In this document: piece by piece, positions 1 to 12,320 of the stretch
Layout: each line of letters begins with the position of its first letter
How positions within the stretch are numbered: the first letter of the stretch is position 1
Assembly (NCBI GenBank): GCA_043228905.1
Contig: JBHGNT010000022.1
Location: 9,672,001-9,736,000, forward strand
From: Azolla caroliniana
Taxonomy: Eukaryota > Plantae > Polypodiophyta
Length of the DNA: 64,000 bases
Direction of reading: 5' to 3'
Position numbers and translations under genes: made by a program
Notes under the pieces: generated by a model
The model's input: the letters and a program-made list of their open reading frames with translations, nothing else
Told to the model about the DNA's origin: nothing
The model's database searches: none

Positions 1-565
1 AACTCTGACGATAAACTAATTAACAATAAAAAATAGCTAGTGTTGGACTTTCACTTTTCCAAATGTCATAAAGACAAACGAATTATGAATTAGGCAAGCT
101 AGTCCCCCCTCTCTTTTCTTGGGGGACCTCACAAGAAAAAATAAATGTATATTTTACTATTGATGTCAAAGAAGTAGATATAAATAATGTATCTTCATAG
201 TGTGTTTTAAAATTCTAGCATTAGATGCTTGGATAAGGTTTTATTGAAACTTAAAATAAAGACTTAACCCTCAATAACCTTATGTTTCATATTTGGATCC
301 TTATCTAGAGCCAATATTCCTAAATGTTTTCTATTTAAACTTCTTGAAGGCCACGTTGGATACCCTTAAGAGGTAGACTTGTACTACTTCAAAACAAGCA
401 ATCAGTACTAGTTGCAACAAACAATAAACGATTGCAATCCATGCATGTTGTTAGAAACCAAAACCACATTCACATTGACCCCAAGTGATGGTGACATTTT
501 GGGATAATCCAGGAAACAATGATGGTTTTTTGTTTTGTTTTTGTAATTGATAGGCCCCAGAAGCT

Positions 566-1162
566 TTGAAGAGGGTGTTTGCAAGATGTTGTATGAGGTT
601 GGGGGTGGAGGCTGCTAGGGTTCTAAGACGTGTGGCCTTTGATCTCCACCATAACCATAAAACACAGCCTAAGCATCGCCTCCTCCGCCCCCTCCGCCAT
701 ACGATCGAAGAGCTTCGACAAATTGTCAACAAAACATCACTAAATCTCCTTCCTAGAAACCCTAACCCTAACCCAGACCTGAATGTGAACACGAAATCTA
801 ACCCAAACCCTAATGCTAACACAAAACCTAATGCTAACACTACTAGTAACCTTGATGATGATCTTGAGAGACTTACCGCTCTCTCTGACCTTCGAGAAAG
901 CATTGTGTTTGCGGAGACCCTCTCATTGTCTGGTGTTGTCACTTTGCTCATTGAAATTTTGGCAAGACTTGATCGTCTCCTCGATGCACTAATGGTGTTT
1001 CAAGAGCAAGCAGGGTTCAATGAGCCATTGACATATGATTACTTTGATGGTGTGGATGATGAGGATACTAGTGGTGATATCAAGATTAATGTGCATGTCG
1101 ATGGTGGTGTCAAGACAATGGAACAATATCACCATGCACCATCAACATCTTGTGGAGAATGA
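566..1162 (+). other. Unassigned open reading frame with an (NP)n low-complexity tract; possibly a gene or transposon fragment
   Basis: 198-codon ORF in AT-rich flanks, no recognisable domain, non-ATG start. Confidence 0.2.
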
Positions 1163-2373
1163 ATGGTTTCTTAGATTTTGCCTATCACACATGTACAGAG
1201 CGATAGAGAGAAACTTTAGATATTAGATTACATTTCCTTCCTTAGTACCAAAAAAAACATTTTCATCTAGTGTTTGTAGTAACAGTCATGAAAGAGCGAT
1301 TTTCATGTAGAGCCTCTACTTGAGGTCCCAAAGAAAGCATTCTCAGGTAGTGTTTGTAACTTTAATTGTAAGTATTGATGATCCTTTGTAGTTTCTGTAA
1401 GTTGAGTATGTATTCCAAATTTGGGGCCAACATTCTATGGTTCGAAAAATGGGTTCTGAAGGCTGAGACCTTGGAAGAGGAATTCATTAATGTAGGGAAT
1501 CCATACTCTTTGCATATGCCATCTTCCTTGATGGATTTTACTACTTTAGACATCTTAATTTGTTATGTTCACGGAATTTTAAGTTACTAGCATTCTAAAA
1601 GAAAAACACAAAGCTTTCATATTCTAGTTCGGCATACCATAAAACTAGGATGCTATAAGTATAATGATAAGTGGTTAGAAATTTTGCTTTTTGCCAAAAG
1701 AGAAAGTGTGCATTGGTTGATGGACTTAAAATTGTGAACAATCTTACATGGTATTAAGAGTTGTAGGTTTACCGTTTCCTCATGTATAAACCCAACAAAA
1801 GTTTTAATCATGAGACACGGTTGGTGGTGGAACATGACTCTTAGTCTCTTAGATGTAATCATATTGTTATGTTTCATGATCATTAAAATATAGTATTGTC
1901 AATCACAAAACTATAACCATCATGGCATGTGAATGGTAAATCATAATAATTATTGATTCACTTAAACTAAGAAACAAAATAGTGCTCAAATCTACAATGA
2001 CTTTTATTGAAATTGGGGCTTATGTTTTGCAAAACTTGTAGTCGCTAATATGTGGATGAAGGTTATCAAGGAAGTGGTAGTTCAAGCCCTAGAGGTAAAT
2101 TTAGTTTCTCTTCATTTGTCATCCTATAATTCTATTGTCATTGTATGCATGCAAGATCTTTCATTTGTTGGATGAAGTATTGAAGGTCTAGATCTTGAAC
2201 CAAATAAAATCTACAAGTAACTCCACAACCTAGAGTGAGCTTGGTTTTTGTATAAAAGATGAGGGAAAAGCTTGATGATTTGAAGTTCCTTCTGTTGAGA
2301 GATCAAGCTCTAGAGTTAGTTAGTTAGTCAACCATGTAACTTCGTAGTTACCTAGATAGAATGCGATGAACAA

Positions 2374-5015
2374 TGGTGCGTAGACCCGAAGGTTGTGGAA
2401 CCAATGGTGATCTTCACGGTACCGCATGTGCCGTGGAGTCTCAAACCGATTCCGGTACCCAGAGCTCACATCCCGAAGCTGATGGAGCTGCTGAGACAGA
2501 AGGTGGAGATGGGCATCCTCGAACCGTCGAGTGCCCCATATTCGAATCGGTGGTTTACCGTGCCAAAGAAGAACGACACACTGCGCTTCATACAAGACCT
2601 ACAGCCGGTCAACAAGGTGACCATTCGAAACGCAGGTATCAGACCGATCATCAATGAGTTCGCGGAGGCCTTCGCAGGGAGGTCGATCTACTCGGTCGGG
2701 GACCTGTACTCAGGCTACGATCAGTTCCAGCTAACCGTAGAGAGCAGGGGTGTCACGACGATGCGGACTCCTCTCGGCCTAGTTCGGATGTGTACCCTGC
2801 CGCAAGGAGGAATGAACTCGGTGGCACACATGGTGAATGCGATGAACAAGGTGTTGAGGGACTGCATTCCGGACATCACCATGCTGTTTCTGGACGACAT
2901 CCCGATCAAAGGATGTCCGGTGGAGGACAAGGACGAGTCGGTCGGGCCCGACAGTTGCCGGAGGTTCGTGACGAATCACATCCACGACTGCGAGAAGGTG
3001 TTACAAAGACTCGAGAGCGCGCGACTCACCTTCTCTGGAGAAAAATCATCCTTCATCACGGAGATGGCTTCTACCTTTGCCGGGGACGGTTTCCAACCAT
3101 AGGGCCCGCACAGGTGTCCGACTAGGTCCGCAGATTCTTGGGTGTGTGCGTGTTCTACCACATCTGGATTCCGCACTACGCACATGTCGCGGAATCGCTC
3201 TACGGGCTATTGAAGAAAGGGCGTAGGTTCGAGTGGAGGACGGAGCACGAAGTCGGTCCGGAGGCTGAAGCAGGCGCTTGTTGTGGCACCGGCTCTCCGG
3301 AAAGCGGTTTACGGCAAGGAAGTCCCCATCTACGTGACGGTGGACACGAGCCCGACCGGGATCGGATGGGTGATCAGTCAGGAGGACAAGGACGGTGTAC
3401 GGTTCTCGATCCGGTTCGGGGCGAAGGTATTGAGCGAGCGGCAGCGAGGATACGCCCAAGTTAAGCGCGAGCTGTGGGGTATCATTTTGGCAGTCAAGAC
3501 CGACAAGGACTATCTGATCGGGACGGAAGTGATCATTGAGACAGACTGCCTACCGATTCTAGGTATGGTCTCTAGATACGCGACTCCGGACCTGGCGATG
3601 CTCAGGTGGATCGCGTACATCAAGTCCCTGAACCCGGAGATACGACACATCTCCGGAAAAGATAATGCCATGGCCGATATGCTTTCAAGGGCGCGGTTCA
3701 ATGATGAGGACGACATGGTTTTGGATAACGAGGAAGTCGGTGAGGATTTCTTCAGGTCAGCCAACATAACAACAAGAAAGGGGAGCACTCTGGCACTTAA
3801 CGAATTCGACAAGAGCAAGTACGACAAGGAGTGGCTCCAGATCGGCGGGTTCCTGAAGGTGATGACACCGGACTCGACATGGACGAAGGAAGAGGCCAAC
3901 CGGATTCGGAAGAAAGCGTACCGATTCTTTCTACGGGACGGGAGCATATGGAAGCACCCTAAGAAGAGAGACGACATCCCGCTCCGAGTGGTGGCGAAGA
4001 AAGAGGAACAGGAAGAATTGCTAATGGTGTACCACGAGAGTCCCTGGGCCGGACACCGCGGGACGTGGGCCACATTCGAGAAGCTAAAGGGGAAGTACTG
4101 GTGGCCAGGACTATACCGGGACGTGCATCGTTTGTGACGACTTGCGAGGGCTATTAGGAGCTCCACCCGACTTACCCTCTAACTGTCCACTTCAAGTGGA
4201 TGGTGGATCTGGTGACGATGCCAATGGGGGTAGGGCAGATGCGGTATCTGGTGCTGACTTGGGAGGACCTGACGAACCAGGTGGAAGGCCAAGCGTTGCA
4301 GAACAAAACGACCGCGGCCGTGTGCCGATTTCTGATCGAAGAAGTGGTATGCCGGTATGGGTGCGTAGGTAAGATCGTGGCCGACCGCGGGGAATTGGAC
4401 GCGCACGAGGCGGAAGAGTTGTTTGACCGGCTAGGAATTAAGCTCTTACTCACCATGGCGTACAATCCGGAGGCTAACGGGAAGGTGGAGCGTGGACACG
4501 GGTCGATCGTCAAAGCGTTGGTACGGGCATGTGGAGGCCATGTCGGGAACTGGCCACGACTCTTACCCTATGCGTTGTGGGTGGACCGAACTACGCACAG
4601 TTCAATAATCGGGTTCATGTCGGCAGACCTAATGAATGGGCAGAAGCTGATCATGCCAACGGAGCTGTTAGCGGCATGGATTCGGCAGCTAGAACGAAGA
4701 CCGGAGGACGTGGACCGAGCCGCGGAGAAGCTACGGGTGGCGAGGGTAAAGAACAAAGGACGGTTCAACCGGACTCACCGACTAAGACCGAAGAAGATCG
4801 AGGAAGGCGACTGGGTTCTAATGTATGACAGCAGCCTCGACAACCAGCACCGGGCAACGCGGAAGTTTGCAAGAAGGTGGTTTGGGCCTTATACGGTGAC
4901 GAGGGCCAACGACAATGGGACCTACCATCTCGCAGAGCTCGACGGGACAAGGATGGCGGTACCAGTGGCGGGGAAAAGGATCAAAGCATTCAAAAAGTGG
5001 CTTGAGGCTGAACTA
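2374..5015 (+). pseudogene. Ty3/gypsy pol fragment (RT, RNase H, integrase), disrupted
   Basis: RT motifs YSNRWFTVPKK, DLYSGYDQF, LPQG, FLDD. RNase H VTVDTS...ELWG...ETDC...ADMLSR. Integrase H-x6-H, VDLV, ADRG, NGKVER, WFGPY. Frameshifts and small deletions are present. Confidence 0.93.
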
Positions 5016-6720
5016 GACCCGCTCGGTGTTGTTGTCTTGGCCCCGCTCATCCATTATTTCATACCGGATACCCGCTCCGGTAACCAACTCCTCGCCGCCA
5101 CCCGCCGTCTCTCCGGTCTTACGTTGATCCGCAAACGCCGAAGTCTCTAGAATAGGTGTGGAGTGTCCCGCCCATTTCCGGTCTTTCACAGAACCGTAGT
5201 CGTCATGCCCGCTTGGCCTCCTTCTCGCTCTCACCGGCTCCCACCATGTGTTGCGACTCGTTCTCCCCGATCTCCAATCATGCTGGCTTGGTCCTTGCCC
5301 GGTTTGGTGCCGAACGATCATGTTCTGGTTTGGTTGGCTTCCTTCCATAATTGTAACCGGTCGGTAAGGGTTCAACTGAACACTTCCGGTCTTGCCGGCT
5401 CTTCTTCAGTTCGGGCCCGGTTGACCAGCCCCCGCTTCATTCTTTTCTCGGTTCGCCTTTCGATCAGGTCGGTTCCCGACTCTCTCCTTGTTGCCGCTCT
5501 CGGCCTCCCCTTCGATCCTTTCGTATATGCCCGTTCTGGGCCTCGCATCCTCCTCTTCGTTTCGGTCACCGGCCTTGCCATCGCCACCGTCCGTCACTCT
5601 AGGTCTCATACCGGCTCTCGGGCCAGATGCCGGGGTCTCTAGAACCGGTGCGGGTAAGATCCCGGCGCCGCCACTCGTTATGTCCATAGCCACCTCCATC
5701 CAGATGTCGTTGTTCGTGGCTACCCCGTCTCCGATCGCGGAAGCCTCGATTACGCTTGCCGCCTCCTCTCCCTCGATCTCCTTGCCGCCGTCTTTGTTAC
5801 CTTCCTTGCCGCCGCCACTGTTCGTCACTCTAGGTCTCGCACCGGCTCTCGAGCCGAACGCAGGAGTCTCTAGAATTGGTGCGGGTAAGGTCCCGACACC
5901 ACCGCTCCTCTTCTCCTCGCTTGATGTTTCGGGCCACCGTGTCCCGAATCCTCCGCCCACTCTCGAAGTGGCGCTCCTTGCTCCTTAGTCACCGACCTCA
6001 TCCATGGACGCCCATTCACCGCAAGACAAGAGGGTCGCTTGCTCCGCACCCTCTCCCACGTCACCGTCGTACGCTCTTCCGGCCTCCACATAGGCCCCGT
6101 CGTCCACGCATAGTGAGGCTTCTTCCTCCACATCCTCTGATTGTCTCTGGCCCGTCTCCATAGTAGACCCTTCTTCGGCTTCGATTTTTGCCTTCACAAT
6201 CTCGTATGCTTCCCGTACCAAGGCTTCGATGTTGAGCTTCACCGAACCATTCCGCAGTGAGTTTTCCTCCGTCGGCAGTGACGCGTAGTCACGCACCATC
6301 CTCCTTTCGCCGCCGCTTGTGGGCCATGTTGTGGACGACCGCATCTCCTCGTGTCGTCGGCATACCCTCTCTACCTCGTTCCAATCCTCGGTGAGGCCGT
6401 ACGCCCCTTCATCGTCTTCGAGTTCGGATAAAATGGCCATTCTCCCCTTTTCATCGACCGACTTTAAAAATAATAGGACCTTGTCCGCCCCCACCGATCT
6501 TCGATCCCGGTCCGAGAGTTGAGCAAAATGATGCTCGAACTCTCGGAATGCTTTCATTGTGCTCCAAGGAGCCTTCACCGATGTTACCCATAGACCAAAC
6601 TCGCGTCAATCATACTCGTATGCCTCGTCCCGTCTTTCTCTTTGCCTTGCAAAATCCCTCACCATCCTCGCCATTACTTTTGTGATGTCTTCCTCTTCCA
6701 TCCTCTTTCTCCCTTGCCGC
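5013..6720 (-). pseudogene. Gypsy gag-like ORF with stops, directly downstream of an LTR and PBS
   Basis: FREFEHHFAQLS...DKVLLFL...LEDD...GLTEDWNEVE resembles gag of non-seed-plant Gypsy elements; sits immediately after the PBS. Confidence 0.65.
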
Positions 6721-6722
6721 CT

Positions 6723-6741
6723 ATTCACGTCGGGTTCACCA
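6723..6741 (-). promoter_or_regulatory. Primer binding site complementary to tRNA-Trp
   Basis: Plus strand reads attcacgtcgggttcacca, the 3' 19 nt of plant cytosolic tRNA-Trp as recalled, including CCA; 4 nt from the LTR end. Confidence 0.85.
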
Positions 6742-6745
6742 AATA

Positions 6746-7445
6746 TGTCGCGTATTTCCGCGCGTGCGTGTAGAATAAGGTGGGACCACGGGGGCCTCGG
6801 ACTAGGGAGTAGATGGGAAGACGGGCATGAGCAAAGTGGAAGAGATTAACACGATAGAGAAAGTAGAAGGAGACAATAATTATGAAGCTATGTATATTAT
6901 GGGCATGAAAGCCGCAATGCGATTACAACTGCAGCCGCATGGGCCGGACTCAAAACATAAGTAGAGTGTAAACCCTAATCGGATAAGTAAAGAAAGAGAT
7001 GAAGAAACCCTAAAAGAAACCCAAGAAGAAAACCCTAGAAGAAACCCTAAAACCGAATAGAACCCCTCGACCTAAGTGGTATACCTCTCTCACTCAAAAT
7101 AGGCAACCCCTTCAATAGCATAAGGAGAGAAAGCCGTTACAAAAAGGAGAGACTAAATATCCCCTTTATTCAATGGGGATATTTGCTTAGATTCTAGGAG
7201 GAGGGATTGATAGGGCCTTAGCTCCCACTCCTCACACATACTACTATGCCCATTACTCACCTCGTACTCTACAAAGTGCATATTATCACATTTATGCCTC
7301 TACGAACTTTGTGGTGCACCTTTAGCACCTTAGATTATTACCCTTCCCATTACATTTTGTTTACTTATTTTTATTGCACAAATTTACAAGTGCCTGTGTA
7401 ACGTTGCACACCCCCATTTTATTTGTCCCTCCCGATTTTCTCACT
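6746..7445 (-). repeat. 5' LTR (about 700 bp) of a tRNA-Trp-primed Gypsy
   Basis: Ends ...cgcgaCA next to the PBS; both ends and internal blocks are homologous to the solo LTR at 26610-28688. Confidence 0.75.
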
Positions 7446-7672
7446 GTAGATGGAATTCTTAATGACAACGACTGAACAAAAGCCCGAGAGCTCTACAGAA
7501 GTGGCTCATGACCCACGATGGGTGAAAGCAGTTGACCCAAGCCTTCGTCATAGGCTTGAGGGGGAGGAACCAAAATTGCCACGACGCAGAAGCCGACACC
7601 GAAAGTCGCACAGAAGCCAACCCGAAAGCAAAACCGGATGTCGGACGCCTCACACTTGAGCTTGAGGGGGCG

Positions 7673-8111
7673 TGTTTAGAGATCAAGCTCAACTAAAGTT
7701 GGTTAGTTAGTTAACCATGTAACTTTGTAGTTAACCTAAATAGAATCTAGTTAGAAGTGTTGACTACAACGCCTTAAATAGGACCTTGTACTTAAGTAGG
7801 ATATTCTAGATCCTCCATTCCCAAGGTCATTTAATATAGGACTTACACAGTTGTACCTATATTCTCCTCACACACATGCACTCTTGCACATGAGATCTAT
7901 ATATACCTCATTGATGGTATTTTTGTATTTGATAATGTTTTCTAACATAGTTACTCATCCCCCATCTTGTGTTGTTCATAAGTGTTAACTTTCTCTCTCT
8001 ATATCTCTCTCTCTCTCACACACACACATATCACTTAATCTTCCGCTTAGCTTAACTACATCACATAACTAGGTACTAATTAAACCGTAGTTAATCACCT
8101 ACTTCTTAACA
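7673..8111 (+). repeat. 3' LTR of the Copia relic
   Basis: TG...CA termini, preceded by a PPT, followed by TSD CCTTC; start resembles the LTR at 37102 (tgttgagagacaagctc). Confidence 0.85.
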
Positions 8112-11100
8112 CCTTCTAAGGCTTGCCACTCGAGGACAACCAATCGGGTGCACTTAATTTGCAATAGTGAATTAGGAGAGCGAACACACCTTGCCTTATC
8201 TCTTTCCAAAGGATAGGATAAACAAAACCTTGGGAGGTATGCAAGAGTCTACATGCAATGTTTTTGAGACATGGGCATAGGCTTGGCTGATTAAATGTTA
8301 AACAAATGCTCTATACATACCCACACTAAGGTCAAGTTTAATGAATATCAAGGTGGTTGATTTCTCATTTCTAATCATGTGTAGTTGGCTTCCTAATTTC
8401 TAACAATTGGCCTATTTCATGTGGATATCTGCCTAAAAGTGTTAGCATAGACCCATCATATGTCATGGACACTCTAGATGTTACATTCCCTAAAATTTCC
8501 AAAATTTGACATAATTTTAGCTTACCTTTAGACTCAACCCCCATACCATCCAGAACACCCTAATGCCCTCTATATTTTCAACATGTTCCAACCTTTGTGC
8601 TACACCAAGTAAGACGCTATCTTCTCAATTTTGAGCCATTGGGTTACATCTTAATGCATTGACATCATTCCTATTTCCATTTCCATTGGGTTATACCTAG
8701 AGATGTTATTTCCAACAACGGATCTACACCTTCAGATATTGGTAGTTCATTTTTTTATATTTAGGTACACTTAGGCACCATTTCCAATAGTTGAACTCGT
8801 ACACCTTGAAACCATAACAATGGTCCAACAAAAACCTATCTCAAGTAGGCTTATACATAACCCACCGATTACAATATGTTGAGGACACCCTAGTGACTTG
8901 CCTAATTGCAATTATTGCTTACAACTTGACACATTAATAACTGACTGATCGCTTAGTATGTGATATACGTAGGGTTGAACAAGGTTTGATTTCTCCTAAT
9001 ATTTGTTTCATGTGCAAAACTAGTATGGAGAAGAGGCTCAAATTAAGGCTCTTCTTCCCATATTTTTATTGAAAACAAAGGGAGCCATGACTAGTAATTG
9101 ACAATAATTGTGATTAGGGCTTCTCAAACACAAACTATTTGTAACTAAACCCTTTAAAAAATTTCAAACACCCAAACAATGAAATCTTTAAACCAAAAGC
9201 ATTTCCACTGAAAACTATTCAAACCAATTAATTTGAGGGATTTTTAAGTTCAAACCAAATGGTTCAAGAGATCTACAAATCATTAAGCCATGGATTCATG
9301 GTTCGGTTTCGACTTGAACCAAATTGTTATAAGGGTTACTTTCGAACTTTAGGATTCACAATTATAACTTCATAATGTATAATGCATAATTGATCAAATT
9401 AAATTACATATTTAGTAAAAATTTAAAAAATGCCCCCCAAATTGTAGCCAAATTGAACCATTTACAGATTTTTGAGCCTAAACCAACAAACCAAATGGAA
9501 TTGGTTAAGTTGTTAAACTATGGTTGTGTGCTTTAGTTTGGCCCAAACTGAACCGTTGTCGATTCCTAGCCAAGGAGGATAAGATGTGAGTTCACTCAAC
9601 AGAGCTAACTTACTCACCGAGTTATGATAGGGTATCAAGGTTTGGGTAACCATTAACTCTTTCAGATTCAATGCAATGACAAAGTGTCAAAGTTCATGTA
9701 GATAGCAAGAAAACTCATAATCTAATGTGAGACAAGACCAATACCATTGAACACTTTTCTAGGCATGACAACCAACCTAATGGCAATTAATTGAATACCT
9801 TCATTTCCTCTCACTTGTTCTTATCCCATAAATGTGAAAGTGATCCTTTTCTTATTCCTTTCTATCTCCGGCCACATTTTCTTGACATACAAGAGACATG
9901 TTCCTCTCGATTCAAATACATTTGTATCTTGGGCCGACTAACCTATTGGAGCCATATATGTCTATTGAAGATGCTAATTTACATTTCATCAAGGCCATTC
10001 TTGCTTCATTTAACTTTGTTGATGCCCAAACATCTACTATTGCAACAAGGTGAATAGCTTAGTAGGTAGGTTTCACTCATTTGCAATTGCTTTAAATCGA
10101 TTAATTGTTGAGACAAAGTAGGTAGAAATTTCAATCATTTCATTTTTGTCCATTGGTCTTACTTATAGAAGAGACGAGATTCCCATATACAAACATTAGT
10201 TTATCTTAGCGTCCTAGTTTTGTCCATATCTACACCAAAGCTACACCTACAATAATTTTTATGCCGCAACCGTTCAAATCTAGGTCCCACATGGCTTGAA
10301 AGGTTTTTTGGTCTCTTTTTGTCTTCTATTAGGGTTGGTTGCATCGCCTAGAAGTAAGCCATAGTTTTACCAACCCATGCTTCAAGGTTCAAATCTCTCT
10401 AATCGCATTTGATTTATGTACATTGGCTTAAATGGATGGATTGTTATGGATTGAATGCTTAGTGTGTTGAGGGAATTGAAAATACACATACCCATTTGTA
10501 GGGAGAAATACACATGATTTCTCTTGAGCAGCCCATATTAGATCATGATAACTCATCATGGGAAAAAATCCATATGCGAGCATGATCTTAAGATGAACCA
10601 CTACCTTTAAAGGTTCAATGTGTGGCCAACCTTATTTGATTTTTTCACATCTCATGAATCATACATATATTGGGAAACCTTGTAAAGCCATAAAGGAACA
10701 TGTTGCTACACCACTAGACATGGTTATTTTAGTAAGTTAGCATTAACAAAATGATGGTTGATGGCTTATTTGGCATTAAGTAAGCTATTTAATTGACAAG
10801 AGTTGCACATGGGAATATTGAGAGGAGTATGCAAACCATCAACAAATTAGAACTACCTTTCACTACTCTATGAAGAGCCTCTTGTCAAATCCACATAGAT
10901 GCTTTGGAATGTTTAAATTTTGTGATCTCTGCCCAATATCAGATCTGCAATACAAATTTGAGGGCTTGATCTGGGAGATAACAAAATTGAGGGGGCTTTG
11001 CTTGTTGACAGACCCAAATATATGGCATGGCACCTACATCTCTGACCAAAACGATTTCTTTTCGTTAGAATGTCATTACTAGCGAGAAACCTCAAGGTAA

Positions 11101-11457
11101 GGAAGGGCCTGAGACCAAGCTGAAATGCAACTACAGATTCCAGGTAGTAGGTAACCTTTTGCACCACAGACAAGGATCAGAAGCAAACATAAAATTTGCA
11201 TTAGTATGAGAGACCCATCAAGTAAATCTGTAATGTACTCAGATCCATTTGGAATGATGAAAGTCATACCAGTATTTCCTCTAAGATTTTGGGTACGTTT
11301 CTGCCATGCGATATTCCCAAAATCTTACAAAATGGCGACACTGTTCGAATAGGGGAAAATAGCTTTTGATCAATTGACACCAAACCACCGGGATGTGTTC
11401 TTCCCAAACCCAATTCGAATCCGTGTGAACCAATAGTGCAGATGGGGCTTGTCTAGG

Positions 11458-11660
11458 AAACCATTGGGCAGTTTTCCAAACAAAACCCATGTACACGACC
11501 ACCTGTTTGTATAAAGATAAGGACCCATGATTTTCTAGGTGGTTTGCATTTCAGGATCCCAAACCATTGGACAGTTTTCCAACAAAACCACATGTACACC
11601 ACCTGTTTGCATAAAGATAAGGACCCATGACTTTCTAGGTGGTTTGCATTTCAGGATCCC
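11458..11660. repeat. Tandem duplication of about 100 bp downstream of the S40-like gene
   Basis: aaaccattgg...cacctgtttg.ataaagataaggacccatga.tttctaggtggtttgcatttcaggatccc occurs twice in tandem. Confidence 0.9.
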
Positions 11661-12320
11661 CACACATGAGTTAGGAAGATAACCCTCTCAGATTTGGGAC
11701 TTCAAATTTCCACCCCCTTTCTGGTTATAAAACCCATCACCTTCATCCTCTTATACATCTCCACAATCAGAAGTTCAATACAATATTTCAATTGCGAGAA
11801 GGAATGAGGAACAGATATAATATGCGCCTCTTCCAAAACTTCAGGTATGCATTAACTGGGATTGCTTTAATTTTGCAGTACATGAGAAACAGAGACATAT
11901 AAATATACATGGTCTTAAATTTCCATGGGGCTTTTTCAGCCTTACTCATGAGAAGCAAAGTTTTGCAATGCAAGCACAAGAACTTCTCTTTTGTATCGAA
12001 CAGCATTCTGGAAGCTGAACTTGATAATGGTTTTATGTAGTGGGTACAAAAATGGGCCAAATATTAGTCTCACATATACATTTCCATACACATTCTGTTT
12101 GGGATACACATAAATACACACACAATACATATGCATAATATTCAAATTTGAACAAAATTCGGGAATGAAGATTTCCTTCCTTTTGTTATCTTAACCCCAA
12201 CATGGTTAAGTAACAATCTCTGCACTCAAAAATCCTTTCAGCAATCTGTGTCATTTTCTCTTCTCTCTTTTGAAGGTTTGATCTGAATTTCCTTTTCCTG
12301 CAAATGTTCCCTCCATGTAT

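Larger units (their letters stand above)
2293..8111 (+). mobile_element. Internally deleted Ty1/copia relic whose interior is occupied by Gypsy sequence
   Basis: TSD CCTTC at 2288-2292 and 8112-8116. 2293-2362 (tgttgagagatcaagctc...atagaat) matches the start of the LTR at 7673. PPT ttgagggggcg precedes 7673. Remnant KPESSTEVAHDPRWVKA (about 7477-7530) resembles the Copia RT N-flank EPESYAEAAKDANW. Confidence 0.85.

Noticed and set aside
6723-6741. tRNA-Trp gene
   Set aside because: Only the 3' 19 nt with encoded CCA are present, next to an LTR, so this is a PBS and not a tRNA gene
9115-9569. hAT-type MITE with aaacc/ggtt subterminal motifs
   Set aside because: Suggestive motifs, but I could not establish a TSD or a convincing TIR
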